Shown here one piece after another: positions 30,723 to 42,249 of a stretch of DNA of 64,000 bases (its first letter is position 1; every line of letters begins with the position of its first letter). The stretch comes from a virus (taxonomy: Duplodnaviria > Caudoviricetes): the IMG/VR virus record IMGVR_UViG_2924263452_000001, positions 1-64,000 of that record; one strand, given 5' to 3'. Both the position numbers and the translations under genes were made by a program. The notes beneath the pieces were generated by a model. That model worked only from the letters and a program-made list of their open reading frames with translations. It searched no databases and was not told the DNA's origin.

Positions 30723-31148
30723 TCATTCATCTTTTATTACCATCCAGTCATTTCTTGCGATACAACCAAACGTGTACTCTGTATTTTTAGTATCTCGAAT
30801 ATCAAGTTCTTTGCCATTTTCACAATGGATCATAATTGTTTTACGATCATCAGACCAATACCAATATCCGTTCCACTCTGGCAATTTAATTTTCTTTCCT
30901 TTTTTGAGGTGGTCGTATGCTTCATTAAACTCCATACTATCCCACGCCAGACAGCTTCCATTGTGAGATAACATATCTTCAATGGTATGTCGCATTTTCA
31001 TACAGGCACAAGCTTCTGCGTTATGAATCTGCATAGCCATTATACTTCCCTCTTCCATAGCTTTCACAGAAAGTTCTGTCCGAAGATCTTCTTCTTTATT
31101 TACAAATTCTAATAATTTCTCAAGTTTTTCTTTTGCCGAAAGTGCCAT
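30723..31148 (-). CDS. DUF2829-like (Tad2-related) domain protein
   Basis: MEFNEA...LKKGKKI...WNG...DW pattern. Confidence 0.5.
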   Translation of the reverse strand: MALSAKEKLEKLLEFVNKEEDLRTELSVKAMEEGSIMAMQIHNAEACACMKMRHTIEDMLSHNGSCLAWDSMEFNEAYDHLKKGKKIKLPEWNGYWYWSDDRKTIMIHCENGKELDIRDTKNTEYTFGCIARNDWMVIKDE

Positions 31149-31158
31149 AATCTTCCTC

Positions 31159-32256
31159 CTAACCGAGCAACTTGTTTATGTACTCCATTTTCCGTTTACA
31201 CATCTTCGCGTCCATTTCATTTCTGAAACATCTAATGCAAGTATCGTTATCTATTCCTGCCTGTATAAGTCTACCGCATTTCGAACATCGTTTGAGTAAC
31301 CTTATATCTCCGCTGCATAGTTTTGACCTTTGAATTTGATCTGGTATTTTTGCAAATTTCGCCGTAGTGCCTTTATAGAAGAATGCCAAATCTTCTTCAA
31401 GAATCCTTCCAGTTTGAATAAATCGGAATATCATAGGGATATAATCGTTATCTACACATTTTAAATCGAATCTGCTTTCGTTATCGTAGACTTTCGCATA
31501 TCCTACATCTTCACCGAGATGTTTTAACTGGAATCTTTCTATTCTCATTTTTACGTTGGTTGATATATTATATTTATTTATGCATTCTTCCACGAATGGA
31601 TAGTATATATAAGTCTTTTCTGTATCATCTATAACAATTTCATCATGTGAAAAGAATACAATGTCTTTCTCAGGAATACCAACCAACAGAAAGGCAAGCA
31701 ATTTACACATAAGATATTTCTGATAAGTAACTTGGCGTTTCGGATTACATTCTCCGAAAATTCTCTGTCTCATATATTTACTTTCAATCAGTTCTTTGCG
31801 TTCGGTAAATCTTCCAATATATTCCTCCCAAGTTTTTGCCCCATCAAACATTGTATTATCAAAATGATATAATGTGCTGAAATTAGCCTGTTTCATATCA
31901 ATACTGATGAAATGTTTTCCATCAAATGACGGTTTATAAATTGGCTTTGATGGTAACTGATATTTTTTAATTACACTGTTGAATCCGGACATATCTATTT
32001 CGTTAAATTGCTGGAATGTGGCGTTATTCTTAATGGCAGAAATCGCACTATCCTTTACTTTGTTATAATGCTCATAATAATCCTGTTCTGTTTTAAACTC
32101 TGCTATTGAATCAAGAAATTCTTTATATTTTTCTACTGCCCCATATTGTTTGTCTAACAATTCAAGTCTGTTCTGGAAGTAAGGCTCTTCATATAAGCTA
32201 ATGGGGATTCCGTAAAGCTTACAGAATCGCCCTTTAAGTCCATTTGTTATTTCCAT
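31159..32256 (-). CDS. Phage hypothetical protein, possibly polymerase-palm-like
   Basis: 365-aa ORF with SIDMKQANF and SHDE motifs. Confidence 0.55.
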   Translation of the reverse strand: MEITNGLKGRFCKLYGIPISLYEEPYFQNRLELLDKQYGAVEKYKEFLDSIAEFKTEQDYYEHYNKVKDSAISAIKNNATFQQFNEIDMSGFNSVIKKYQLPSKPIYKPSFDGKHFISIDMKQANFSTLYHFDNTMFDGAKTWEEYIGRFTERKELIESKYMRQRIFGECNPKRQVTYQKYLMCKLLAFLLVGIPEKDIVFFSHDEIVIDDTEKTYIYYPFVEECINKYNISTNVKMRIERFQLKHLGEDVGYAKVYDNESRFDLKCVDNDYIPMIFRFIQTGRILEEDLAFFYKGTTAKFAKIPDQIQRSKLCSGDIRLLKRCSKCGRLIQAGIDNDTCIRCFRNEMDAKMCKRKMEYINKLLG

Positions 32257-32269
32257 TGTTGGATATCTC

Positions 32270-33403
32270 CTATTCTAATTCTTCTATGATTTTGTTAAAT
32301 TGTTCAATTGCTTCTGATGAGAAATCATTTTCATAAAAATCACGCCACTGCTGCAATTTCTCTTTTACGGAAAAATCTCTGCCCCAGGATTCTTCGGCAA
32401 GTTCTTTCATCCTTTCCTCAGTTGTACCTGATACAATTTGTGCGATTTCATATGGAACAAATACTGGCTTTCCACCAAGCTTTTTAACCTTATCATAGTC
32501 TGACTGATTTCCTACCGGAATTGCGGAATGATTGTTTTCATCGAAGTCAGAAATAATCATATCCTTAACTTTACGTCCTTTTTCGGTATAGGTTTGATAT
32601 TGGATATTACATATATCATAGAATGATCCGTCATTGGCAATTTCCATAAGGTCTTTTATATTAAGATCACCATTGTCTATTGCTTCACATATCATTTTTG
32701 AAGTTGTACTTCGCATATCCCATGTACTGCAGCTTTTTCTATCACGTTCAACAGTAATATATTGTGGCTTAAAATCATATCCAAAATATAGATTTTTCTC
32801 TTTTTCTACTGCAAGCCCATTTACAAATATTTCGCCACGCATATCTTTTTCTGTAAAAATGCGCCCATAACTTGTTTCTATTGCTTTATGATTTTCTGCA
32901 CCCGGCATACCTATCCACACATCATATAGAGAGTTGTATTCATCTAAAGTCACATTTTCGATTTCGATAACAAGTCCATCATTGTTTGTATGGTTTGGAA
33001 TTATTTCAAACATAAGAACCTTTTCATTGAATACTTCCGAGTATTCAAATTTGGAAATCCATATTTCATCTTTACTATTATTGTATACAGAAAATGTTTT
33101 ACCAAGGCGATTTAACACAAGTGCTGCGATTTTATAGCCCTCTCCAAATTGTCCAACAGTATCAGTATTATTGGATTTTGTGCTACAACCAAGTAACAAG
33201 GTATTTATTTCCAGAGTCGATTCAGAATTACTTAACTGAAGGATATTTTCCTGTTCGTCATAGGATATTTTAAACACATTCTTCGGATCAAGTGTCTGCT
33301 GGTCAGTTCCATTTTGGATTAATTCTCTTACAGCATCCTGGAAGTTCCAATCAGACACATAATTTGGCGTTATTGTTAATTCAATTTTTCTTACTTTGTC
33401 CAA
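32270..33403 (-). CDS. GHKL/HATPase domain protein
   Basis: RELIQNGTD, GQFGEGYK. Confidence 0.8.
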   Translation of the reverse strand: MDKVRKIELTITPNYVSDWNFQDAVRELIQNGTDQQTLDPKNVFKISYDEQENILQLSNSESTLEINTLLLGCSTKSNNTDTVGQFGEGYKIAALVLNRLGKTFSVYNNSKDEIWISKFEYSEVFNEKVLMFEIIPNHTNNDGLVIEIENVTLDEYNSLYDVWIGMPGAENHKAIETSYGRIFTEKDMRGEIFVNGLAVEKEKNLYFGYDFKPQYITVERDRKSCSTWDMRSTTSKMICEAIDNGDLNIKDLMEIANDGSFYDICNIQYQTYTEKGRKVKDMIISDFDENNHSAIPVGNQSDYDKVKKLGGKPVFVPYEIAQIVSGTTEERMKELAEESWGRDFSVKEKLQQWRDFYENDFSSEAIEQFNKIIEELE

Positions 33404-34562
33404 TTTTGTTTTCCTCTCTTATTCTCCTAGCTTAAATGTTGCTAATTTCTTTTCGGCTTCTTCGCAATTAGTAAACCATGTTTGTCCGTATTCTGAATCA
33501 ATACAGATGACATCTGGGGCGTATATACTATCTTTATCGCATTGTATAAACCATCCGTTTTGAGAAATTACAATGTTGTAAACTTTTTGATGATATACTC
33601 TGTTATTTGTTTTATATCCATTCAGGACATTCAAATCATACTTAACTTTGCTTGGAATCTTATAAATATCATCGCCAATTTTAACAGGTAATCTCACAAG
33701 CAATCCCTGTTTTTCTGAATCTTCGTAGGATTTCAGTTCTTTCAACAGTCCTGCGACATCTTTCAGCCAAAACAAATCCCCATCTTCAAAACAGCAACCA
33801 TATTTCTGCTGATGATACGGGCAACCAACCGTTTCCTTCCCACTGATGAAATCTCTTAAAGTTTCGCCAGTTCCACAGACAATTCGTTTATGCTCATCAT
33901 CATCCATATGTATGAAGTTTTCGTGGTCTGAATAGCAATCGCCTACAGCATCCTGGCTGGCAACACATTTAAGTGCCTTTATCATATCGTCAATTATAAT
34001 CTTTTCCATCATTTCACCTCTTTTAACTTCTCCACCGCCAGTTTCAATGATTCCTTAATTTCATCCGTTATTTTGATTTCGTGATCTGGAATTTGGATTA
34101 GTTTCTCAATATTTTTAATTGCTTTCTCTTCTTGTGATGGAACTGTAGTTCTACCCGATGCCACAATTTCAAGAATTTCGTCAATATTATCTTTCCAGTT
34201 TTCTATTCCACACAAACTTGAGTCACACTTAGTGTTATTTTTGCTCAATACACATTCTGAACATTTACGATTACCGCATGAAGAATATATATTGGCAATC
34301 CACTCAGCAAACTCTCTCGCTGTCATTTCTTTTGTGCCGAGAATTTCTGAGGCTTCGTAGACAGTGAAATCCGGATTAATACATGTAGCATAAGCAATAT
34401 CTTTATCTTCATAAAATTTTAAAATGTCTGGAAAATGTTGTGCTGGTAATGGTTCACAACTATCTCTCTTATACCAATGAAATCCTTGCTTCTCAGCTTC
34501 TTTAAGTAGTTTTTCGTTTTCTTCTTTCGTTCTAACTAGAACACATGTGTTTGTTAAATCAA

Positions 34563-35006
34563 TCATGCTTTCACCTCCAGCTTTTTCAAATCCTCAATAC
34601 TCCAAGGCTCATCATCTTCCCGTTTGATAAAGTCAAATTTAATATCAAACATATTTATTAATGCACAGTTTGCTAATCCCCAAGTTTCTAATATTTTAAT
34701 TGGCTTTTCTGTACAGGCTAATAAGAAACCATTTTTGTCTCTTGCAATATATTTATAATTAGACAAAAGTAGATCAAGGAATTTCTTTTCTTTTGATGTG
34801 ATTACAGGTTTTTCTACATATTCATATTGTGATCATTCATATCGCTTTATTCTACAAGTTTTTTCAGAATTTTTAGAACTAAATATACACTTCTCACAGC
34901 TAATCTTACTGCAAGAGGTAATTTCACTTGACTTTGTAACTGCAAATGCTCCACCTCTGCATACAATATCCAAAATTTCTTTTGCGAACTTTTCTCTATT
35001 TGTCAT
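34563..35006 (-). pseudogene. Phage gene interrupted by an in-frame TGA
   Basis: MTNREKFAKEI...RYE*SQYEYVEKP...; TGA at 34833-34835, same frame on both sides. Confidence 0.7.
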
Positions 35007-35613
35007 GCTTTTACCTCACTATCTTCCGGCATCTGGAAATACTTATCCTTTTTTCTGTTTTTTCTTCTTATATGCTTTGTTTAACTGCCTTTCCAGGGAA
35101 CTTCTTTCGAGTGGATTTTTACAATGTTTTATCTGCTTTTTGAGTTTTGAAATATTCATACACTCGTTTTCTTTCTTTTTATCAAATTCTGATAAAAAAT
35201 TTTCTGTATCTTGTACGGTAAAAATAATATCTCTAAGCGGAAGATTCTCTGGCATACAAATACAACCATCAAATATTCCTTTGGTTTCTTCACTAGAAGA
35301 GATTGCTACATCCACCAATCCAGAGACAAAATTGAACATTTCCATATGATTCATAGCTTTTACTCTTCTGGATATTTTCTCAAATGCTTCAGTTTTATCA
35401 ATGTGAAGATTTCTCCCAGCTACTTTATATTCATTCGTGCTATATGCTGGAATCGGCTTGTATAAAGTCTCAAGTTCTTCCATGTCTACCATTTCCCTTC
35501 GTATAAATCTCCGTTATTGTGTGCATACGAAATATTTACAGCACAATCATTTTCCCATTGTTCAATCATTTCGCTGCCATCCATACAACCAAACTTAACC
35601 TTTCCATCTATTA

Positions 35614-35934
35614 TTACCTTTCATATAATTCAAATCTATATTTCTGTTTAATACAGGGATATTTATAATGATCCACTTCACTCATAAACATGTCATATGG
35701 TCTTACATATAATCCAAAGTTCACATTGTCTTTTTCGCTTTTATATAATGCCTGGTATACAACCATTTTTTCTTTGGTTTCTGTATGCTCTGCAATGCCA
35801 ATTATTTTGTAGAGATACTTGCTAGATATTCTAAACGTTTCACCTTTCAGAAACTCTCTTTTGAAGTGCTTAACAATATCTCCGGGTTTAAATTCTCTTT
35901 TAGATTCCATTACTGTTCTATAATCACCTGACAT
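35614..35934 (-). CDS. DUF1653 protein
   Basis: [23 protein letters not shown]. Confidence 0.85.
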   Translation of the reverse strand: MSGDYRTVMESKREFKPGDIVKHFKREFLKGETFRISSKYLYKIIGIAEHTETKEKMVVYQALYKSEKDNVNFGLYVRPYDMFMSEVDHYKYPCIKQKYRFELYER

Positions 35935-36293
35935 TTATTTTCCTCCTATAATTGCTTTTAAACACCAGTTCCACCCACATTTAAAACTTGGCAAACGATC
36001 TCCCCAACGGAATGTTTCTTTTATCTCTTTGTGTTCTGGTAGAGGTCTTAATGGACAATGTTCTGAAACTGATTCACAATCTTTTCCAGTTATATACTTT
36101 CCAATTACAGGACAATATACTGACACTTCTGATACACTATGATCTGTGGCAATAGGACACATCCAACATGATTCCGGTGTATCTATTACCAATACCGATT
36201 TATTCATCTGATTCCTCCCGTAATAATTCTGATTGATCGAAAATATTTCCAATCACTTCAACCCGCTTTGCCTTGAAAAGAATTTCTCTCATA

Positions 36294-36977
36294 TCACGCC
36301 TCCTTCGGTTTTTCACACCGTTCAAATTCGATCACCCAGACCCACGGGTTTGCATCCCAACCGTAGATGTCAAGATCAGATTTCTTGATGGTTCTGTCCC
36401 AGATTTCAATAAAATGTTCTCTAGCTGTATATATGCGATCATATTCATTCTCCGGGCTGTGAATAAGCCCTCTGTTATCTATCGCTCCTTCTGCTTCTGC
36501 ACCATCCTCTGTGATATCCTGTAACCGCTCCACCCTCACATCCGTAACCTTCAGCCAGATTCTCGCCGCTTCTTTCGGCATGTGGATGGACGGGTGCCAC
36601 TTCGCGTCTCCACTTATTTCATCTGTTGCCCGATACATGTAGCAACCACAAGCTTTATCCAAAACGCTTTTCTTTGGCTCTTTGGGGCAATTTCCTCTTT
36701 CATCTCCCTCACAGTTCCAACATTCAAAACGCTCCCATGTTTCCCGGACATACAGGATATCTCCCGGCTTGTACGGTGGAATCAACTGATTTTCGAACAT
36801 TCTCTCATCTTCGTCATATTCATATATTCCGGTAAATGAGCCGTCCGGTCTTTTCGTAACGTAGAACCCACAAGCGTCTTTTCGTCTGGTTTTTACCACC
36901 CGCCGTGTGCAAGTCTTTCTTCCGTCCAGGATTGCCTGCACCATCTCGGTATTGAATAAAATAGGCTTAATTGCCAT
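36294..36977 (-). CDS. Conserved phage protein (ASCH-like)
   Basis: AILDGRKTCTRR, PSIHMP, NPWVWVIEF. Confidence 0.75.
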   Translation of the reverse strand: MAIKPILFNTEMVQAILDGRKTCTRRVVKTRRKDACGFYVTKRPDGSFTGIYEYDEDERMFENQLIPPYKPGDILYVRETWERFECWNCEGDERGNCPKEPKKSVLDKACGCYMYRATDEISGDAKWHPSIHMPKEAARIWLKVTDVRVERLQDITEDGAEAEGAIDNRGLIHSPENEYDRIYTAREHFIEIWDRTIKKSDLDIYGWDANPWVWVIEFERCEKPKEA

Positions 36978-38516
36978 CTACTCCACCGCCTTTCACGATT
37001 TCATCAATTGTTGCATCCCCTTCTATGCAATATTTTTCAAACAAATAATTCTCTAATTGTTCTGTAACTTCATTTACATCAAAAGCTGTCGGCTGATTAT
37101 CAATTTCCATGATCGTACTCAGCAAAGCAACATCCGAGTCAATCATTTCTTCTTCTGGTTCTAACGGTTTCAAGCATTTTATTATATTTTCTTTTAATAA
37201 GTCTGCATCAATCAGTCTGCTCATCTGTTCTATATCCTTTCTCGCTGAAACCAAAATCTTATTTTAACTGGATTAATCTATTTTTGATATGGCTCATGCT
37301 TCCGCCTCCGAATCTTCTGGCATCTGAAAGATAGCAAATCCATCTGTTTTTTCTTTAAATTCGTGAAGATAACTTACACTGAAATTCAACATGATTTGAT
37401 ATTCACTATAAGCTTCCTGAATCATATCCAATACTTTAAGTGCTACTTGATATGAGTGATACTGTCCCATTGTTTTAGATCCTTTAACATATTCAAATAC
37501 AATACTTGCAGATTCATCTGTTTCTTTATATATTTTAATTCCCTGGATATTTTCTAAAAAAGTTATAAATTCTTTATTTTGACTTCTGACCATCATCATA
37601 TCTACCATTTCCCTTCATACATATCTTTTTTATCATTTGAATATGCAAGGTGTGCCGCACATTCTTCTTCCCAATATTCAATTAAATCACATGCCGAAGA
37701 TTCTCCAAAAAGAAAATATGCTACATTAATTATTCCTTTAATCTCTACTAATTTTTCGTTTATTTCTTTTACAATATCCCAACATACAATTTCACCACTT
37801 GTATCTCCAAGAACAATTTCAGATATCTTTTCTTCCAAACTATTATCTGAGTCACAACCAGTATAAGAAGTAGGGATTAATTTTTTATCTACAATCACAA
37901 TGAAAGGTATTTCATCATTTTCCACCATACATAAAATTTCTTTTTTAGTAAGTGGGTGTGTTATTAGTTCCATATGTACTCACCTCCAATTAATAAATCT
38001 GCCACCATAAGTCAAACAATTTCTTATATGCATTGCCATTGAAAAGATCGCCTTTATAGTAACGTACTTTTCTGTTGGACACTTTCTTATATGTATAATA
38101 CCGTCCTTTATTTCTTCCAAGGCTTTTGTATGATTTTACAAAATATGGCTTATTCACTGTTTTATATGGATAGTCTGCATCAACATACCAAATAGCCGGT
38201 CTAATTGCTCCAAATGAATGAAGTCTTTTAAGTTTTCTCTTATATTTCCTATCTCTCCGTTTTTAGCGGCTCTTCCATAACAATGCATATCATTACCTCC
38301 TATAAATAGCAATCTCCTGTCTTTTTAAAATCTTCCTCAAAAGTTTTAAAGCACCGATATAAAATAATAGCCGTATTTTCCTTTGAAATTTTATCCTGAA
38401 GAAATCCAGTGTAAACAATTGTTGCGCCGTATTTTTCCATTTCATCAAGTTTATTTGCTACTCTGTCAGCAAATGCTTTCATACTTTCTTTTAATCCTCT
38501 ATAAAGGACACATGTT

Positions 38517-39086
38517 TTAGTTTTGCTCACTTTCAAGTTCCTCCTTATCTCTAATCTGTAACAATACCTTGTTTACTATCACATCATATCCAGCAACTTC
38601 TCCTGGAACTTCCTGATATGTGATTCCTCTTTGAGTTAAGAGATCAATGATGGGCTTTTTCATATCGTCGGATTCTTTTTCTGTCTGCTGTCTGCCAATA
38701 GGATTGTATGGTTTTGTTCTAGTAATAAGAAAATTCACATTTTTATATCCATTAAATACATCCATTACACTTGAATTAAAATTTTCAGTAAGCAGCGGAT
38801 CATGATTATAGAAAATGCTTAGTGGTAATGGGCTGTCAGTAATGATTACATCAACCTTATTTGCACATCGGCTTATCTTGAAACTTTGTTTCCCGAAAAT
38901 ATATGCCTGATTATTAAATACTTCTTCGTTATTCTCCCACACTTTATCTTTGGCAAATTCTGTAACTAACTCCGCATTAACTCCAAGCATTTTTAATCTT
39001 GAGAAAATATATGCTGCGCCAGTGCTTTTACCAGCTCCAGGGACTCCAAATAAATTTACAATTAACGCGCTCATATGTACCTCCAT
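38517..39086 (-). CDS. AAA_28/NadR-like P-loop kinase
   Basis: GVPGAGKS, ITDSPL. Confidence 0.7.
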   Translation of the reverse strand: MEVHMSALIVNLFGVPGAGKSTGAAYIFSRLKMLGVNAELVTEFAKDKVWENNEEVFNNQAYIFGKQSFKISRCANKVDVIITDSPLPLSIFYNHDPLLTENFNSSVMDVFNGYKNVNFLITRTKPYNPIGRQQTEKESDDMKKPIIDLLTQRGITYQEVPGEVAGYDVIVNKVLLQIRDKEELESEQN

Positions 39087-39819
39087 TATTTATATAGTTC
39101 TCTTTGTTTCAAATCATATATGTAATAATAGCTTTGATTATCTCTCTGTCTGTGTCTGTGTCTAAACTTTGGAAATATTGTACAGATATCTTTTTCGCAC
39201 CTTTATCTCTCAACTCGTCCATTTCTTTATTTACTGTTTCGCAAAACTCCTCTTCTGTTTGACATCTAATATATGGTATAGTTACCTTATGATCTATGAT
39301 AGATTTTCTGTAGATTAATTTGGCTTTATAATTCAATTTTTATTCCTCACTACTCTATATTTTGAAGTATCTTCTCCAAACTGAATACCAAGATTATTTA
39401 ACTGTTTAATTGCAACATCTCTTTCAAACACTATTTGCTCATATGCAAACCCCATTGAGATCAATGTTTTTATCAGTTTTGAATACTCTTCGCTTTGGCT
39501 CTTTAAAAGCTCATTCAGCTTTTTATCGAACTCCTTGTTACTGAGAACTCCTGCTTCAAGTCGCAACTTATTCAATCTGCTTTTTATAAGATTCGGACAC
39601 CAATCTGGGACTTTTGACCACTTTCTCAAATCCCAGTCATCTGATACAATAAGTCGAGGTTTTCCGTTTTTTAGAACTTCTTTGCAGTACGCACCTACTT
39701 CATGATCCCATGAATCTGCAGTAAGTATTCTGTCAACCAAACAACTATTGCAGTCCAAACAATTATCAATGATTTTTGTGCATGTATTCATAGTTCATTC
39801 CTCCTATTTTATTTATTTC

Positions 39820-39976
39820 TTACTGGCTTTCTTTTTATTAACAACTATATAACCAAGTGCATATCCGTGAGTTCCGGCACACAATGTAGGGGAAAGCCCC
39901 CCCATGTTCTATAAATTGTTCCAGCTTGTGAATTACCAGTTGAAAGATTTCCAACTTTGAGCACCTTCTTATTCAT
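39820..39976 (-). pseudogene. Free-standing MTase target-recognition module E, out of frame at G7
   Basis: MNKKVLKVGNLSTGNSQAGTIYRTWG / LSPTLCAGTHGYALGYI; in frame with G5 or G8 (C-run 39897-39903). Confidence 0.7.
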
Positions 39977-40143
39977 GTTTTCTCCTGACGATTATTTTCG
40001 GCTGTCTTTGCCCCCCCCATCATCGTTGAAAGAGTAGGTGCTAATCCTTCTATAGAATAAATTCTTTTGATTATGTCAAGACCTTTTATATCTAATCGTC
40101 CTAATACCTTTATTTTTGGTTGTTGATTAATTGATTTCTTCAT
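39969..40143 (-). pseudogene. Free-standing MTase target-recognition module D, out of frame at G8
   Basis: RIYSIEGLAPTLSTMMGG / QRQPKII; in frame with G7 (C-run 40011-40018). Confidence 0.7.
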
Positions 40144-40536
40144 ACAATCTATCCAATCCTTTTTCAAACGCTCCGATACCAGAGAAAAAGCTACTTACCT
40201 TTAAATCTTTGAAAAGATACGGCATTGCCTGATAAAGATTTTTATAAATGTGATACAGAACTCCCACACAAATAGAATTTCCTGCCTGCTTGTAGAGCTG
40301 TGTGTCTGACATTCCAGCTTCTTTGGCTTTATCAAAATCTTCATCTGAAAAATCCATCAATCTCCAACATTCTCTTGGTGTCAAACGGCGAATACCATAA
40401 TCTTCAATATTTACATCATTTTCCACAATCACTCTTTTATCTCCTCCTGCATTAATCGTCCGGATAGTGCCAAAAAGCCCCCCTTGAACGTTCTCATTCC
40501 TTCATCGCATCTTCGTTCACAAATATATCTGTTCAT
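40127..40536 (-). CDS. Small subunit of the split, permuted C5-MTase (motifs IX, X, I) with a G6-gated N-terminal module
   Basis: RRLTPRECWRLM, QAGNS, C-terminal FFSGIGAFEKG; internal GGAGG+GTG start at 40432; upstream ATG 40536 in frame only with G7 (C-run 40478-40483). Confidence 0.8.
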
Positions 40537-40537
40537 A

Positions 40538-41494
40538 CTATTCCCTTCTGGTTGGTTTCTGTATAATCACCGCATTCATACTCTGTTTGCCAAATCCTTT
40601 ATAATCTCTTGCCATAAGTGTATTTGCACAATTGGTTATATGATTTACATGGTTTGCATAATCACTTACAATTACTCCTTGACGATATTTTTCGTCTGTA
40701 TCAGATCCCACATGTGGCGATCTAATGAACAGCCCCCCCATGTCTGATTGTATGAGAATAGGATCTATACAGTTTTCCACTGTCAATCATTTCCTGTAAT
40801 GCCTTTTTCTCTTTGGCTGAATCAACGTAATATTTATCTGGCACGTTTTCTTCATTCTCAAGAATATCGTACATTGTTATGTCACTTTCAAACCCATCTG
40901 GAAGGTTGAAATTGCCGTTATCAAGTTCTTTTCTGATGATTACAAGATATAATCGTTCTCTGTTCTGTGGAATACCAAAATCTTTGGCATTCAGAACTTT
41001 CCAGTAAGTGTTATATCCATATTCGTGAAGCTCTTCGATAAACATATCGAATGTGTTTCTGAAAGATTTTCCTACAATATTTTTTACATTCTCATAAATT
41101 CCCCAGGCTGGCTTATTTGCTCGAACAACACGCAGCCATTCAACCAACAGAGAAGAACGTGTCTTATCAAGGTTTTCGCTCCCACAATTAGGACACTTAT
41201 CTCTTTTTGACCAATGAACTGTCAAAGGGTTATATGTAAATGGCTCTCCGTCATCACCTGTACAATCTTTACAAGTCCATCCACTACCAGCTTTCTTTCC
41301 AGCAATACTGAAATCTTGGCATGGCGATCCCCCACAAATCATATTGAATGGTAACATGCTGTTTTCATCAACTTTCGTAATATCTCCAATGTTAAGGTTT
41401 GGATCAACTCCATGAATAGCACAATATGAAGTTGCGGCAAACTTATCAACTTCGCAAAAATTTACCAGTTTCCAACTTTGAATTAATTTTTCAT
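40538..41494 (-). CDS. Large subunit of the split C5-MTase (motifs II-VIII); start codon lies in an inverted segment, C-terminus set by a G tract
   Basis: FCEVDK, GDI, GGSPCQDFS, ENV, PQNRER; C-run 40733-40739. Confidence 0.85.
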
Positions 41495-41652
41495 TGTAAA
41501 ACTATTGTAGAAAAGTGCTGATTTAGTGGCATTTATACTATATTTTGTATGCTATATGTATATGTTGACACTAAATATAGCGTTTATTGCCACTAAAAAT
41601 CAGGTAAAAGAGGTATAAAAATTGGAAAATAACGATAAAAAATTAATTTAAT
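41477..41652. other. Putative invertible segment 4 (spacer AATTAA), OFF
   Basis: ATGAAA-AATTAA-TTCAAA (minus, 41477-41494) and ATAAAA-AATTAA-TTTAAT (plus, 41635-41652); AAGAGGT RBS and TTG (41622) on the plus strand. Confidence 0.85.
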
Positions 41653-41819
41653 CTATTTTTGCCACATTTCATTAATAACCATTGCAGCAGATATTCCAAG
41701 TAAAGCCCAAAACTTCGGGGTATTAGGCTTTGCGTCTGCTACTGTTGTAAGTGCCGCAAATAACACACCATATATCAGGCTTCCAATAATTGTTGTTTTC
41801 ATTTATTTATTTCATCTTT

Positions 41820-42062
41820 CTACAGCATTTCCGGATGTTCGTTGAACATCTGTAAGAATTTCTTTTCGTCATTTTTATTAGAACACCAAAGTTCCAACTC
41901 ATCGCCGTGTTCGCCCACAAGTGCTGCAATCGCTACATATTGTGTTAAAGTAGATTTGAGATTATACTTATCTCCATATACAGAAGTCAGTGTTACTTCA
42001 CCTTCGCACTCATTTACTACTTTTAAAAATGTTTCAACGTCTTTTACGTTTTTGATTTTCAT
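41820..42062 (-). CDS. HPr-fold-like small protein
   Basis: Weak HPr-like pattern (YNLKSTL). Confidence 0.5.
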   Translation of the reverse strand: MKIKNVKDVETFLKVVNECEGEVTLTSVYGDKYNLKSTLTQYVAIAALVGEHGDELELWCSNKNDEKKFLQMFNEHPEML

Positions 42063-42249
42063 TTACTTTTCCTTTCTTCTCTTTCAATTTCTGTCAATCT
42101 CTCTTGTGTTCCGCCAAATTCGTAACACTTACATGGTTCATTATCAACAGATACATCTTTTCCGTATTTCTTTCCGAAACATCTTCCAAGCCATTCTTTT
42201 CTACATAGTTGGCAGTTATGCTTATTTTGTTCTGGCGTAATATGCATCA

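Noticed and set aside
34833-34835. Stop-codon reassignment (TGA read as Trp)
   Set aside because: Single case; many genes in the window end in TGA and long genes have no internal stops
36879-36896. GTAAAA-ACCAGA-CGAAAA as partner of the orphan 16244 site
   Set aside because: It is 20 kb away, inside a coding region and has a poor second arm; probably chance in AT-rich DNA
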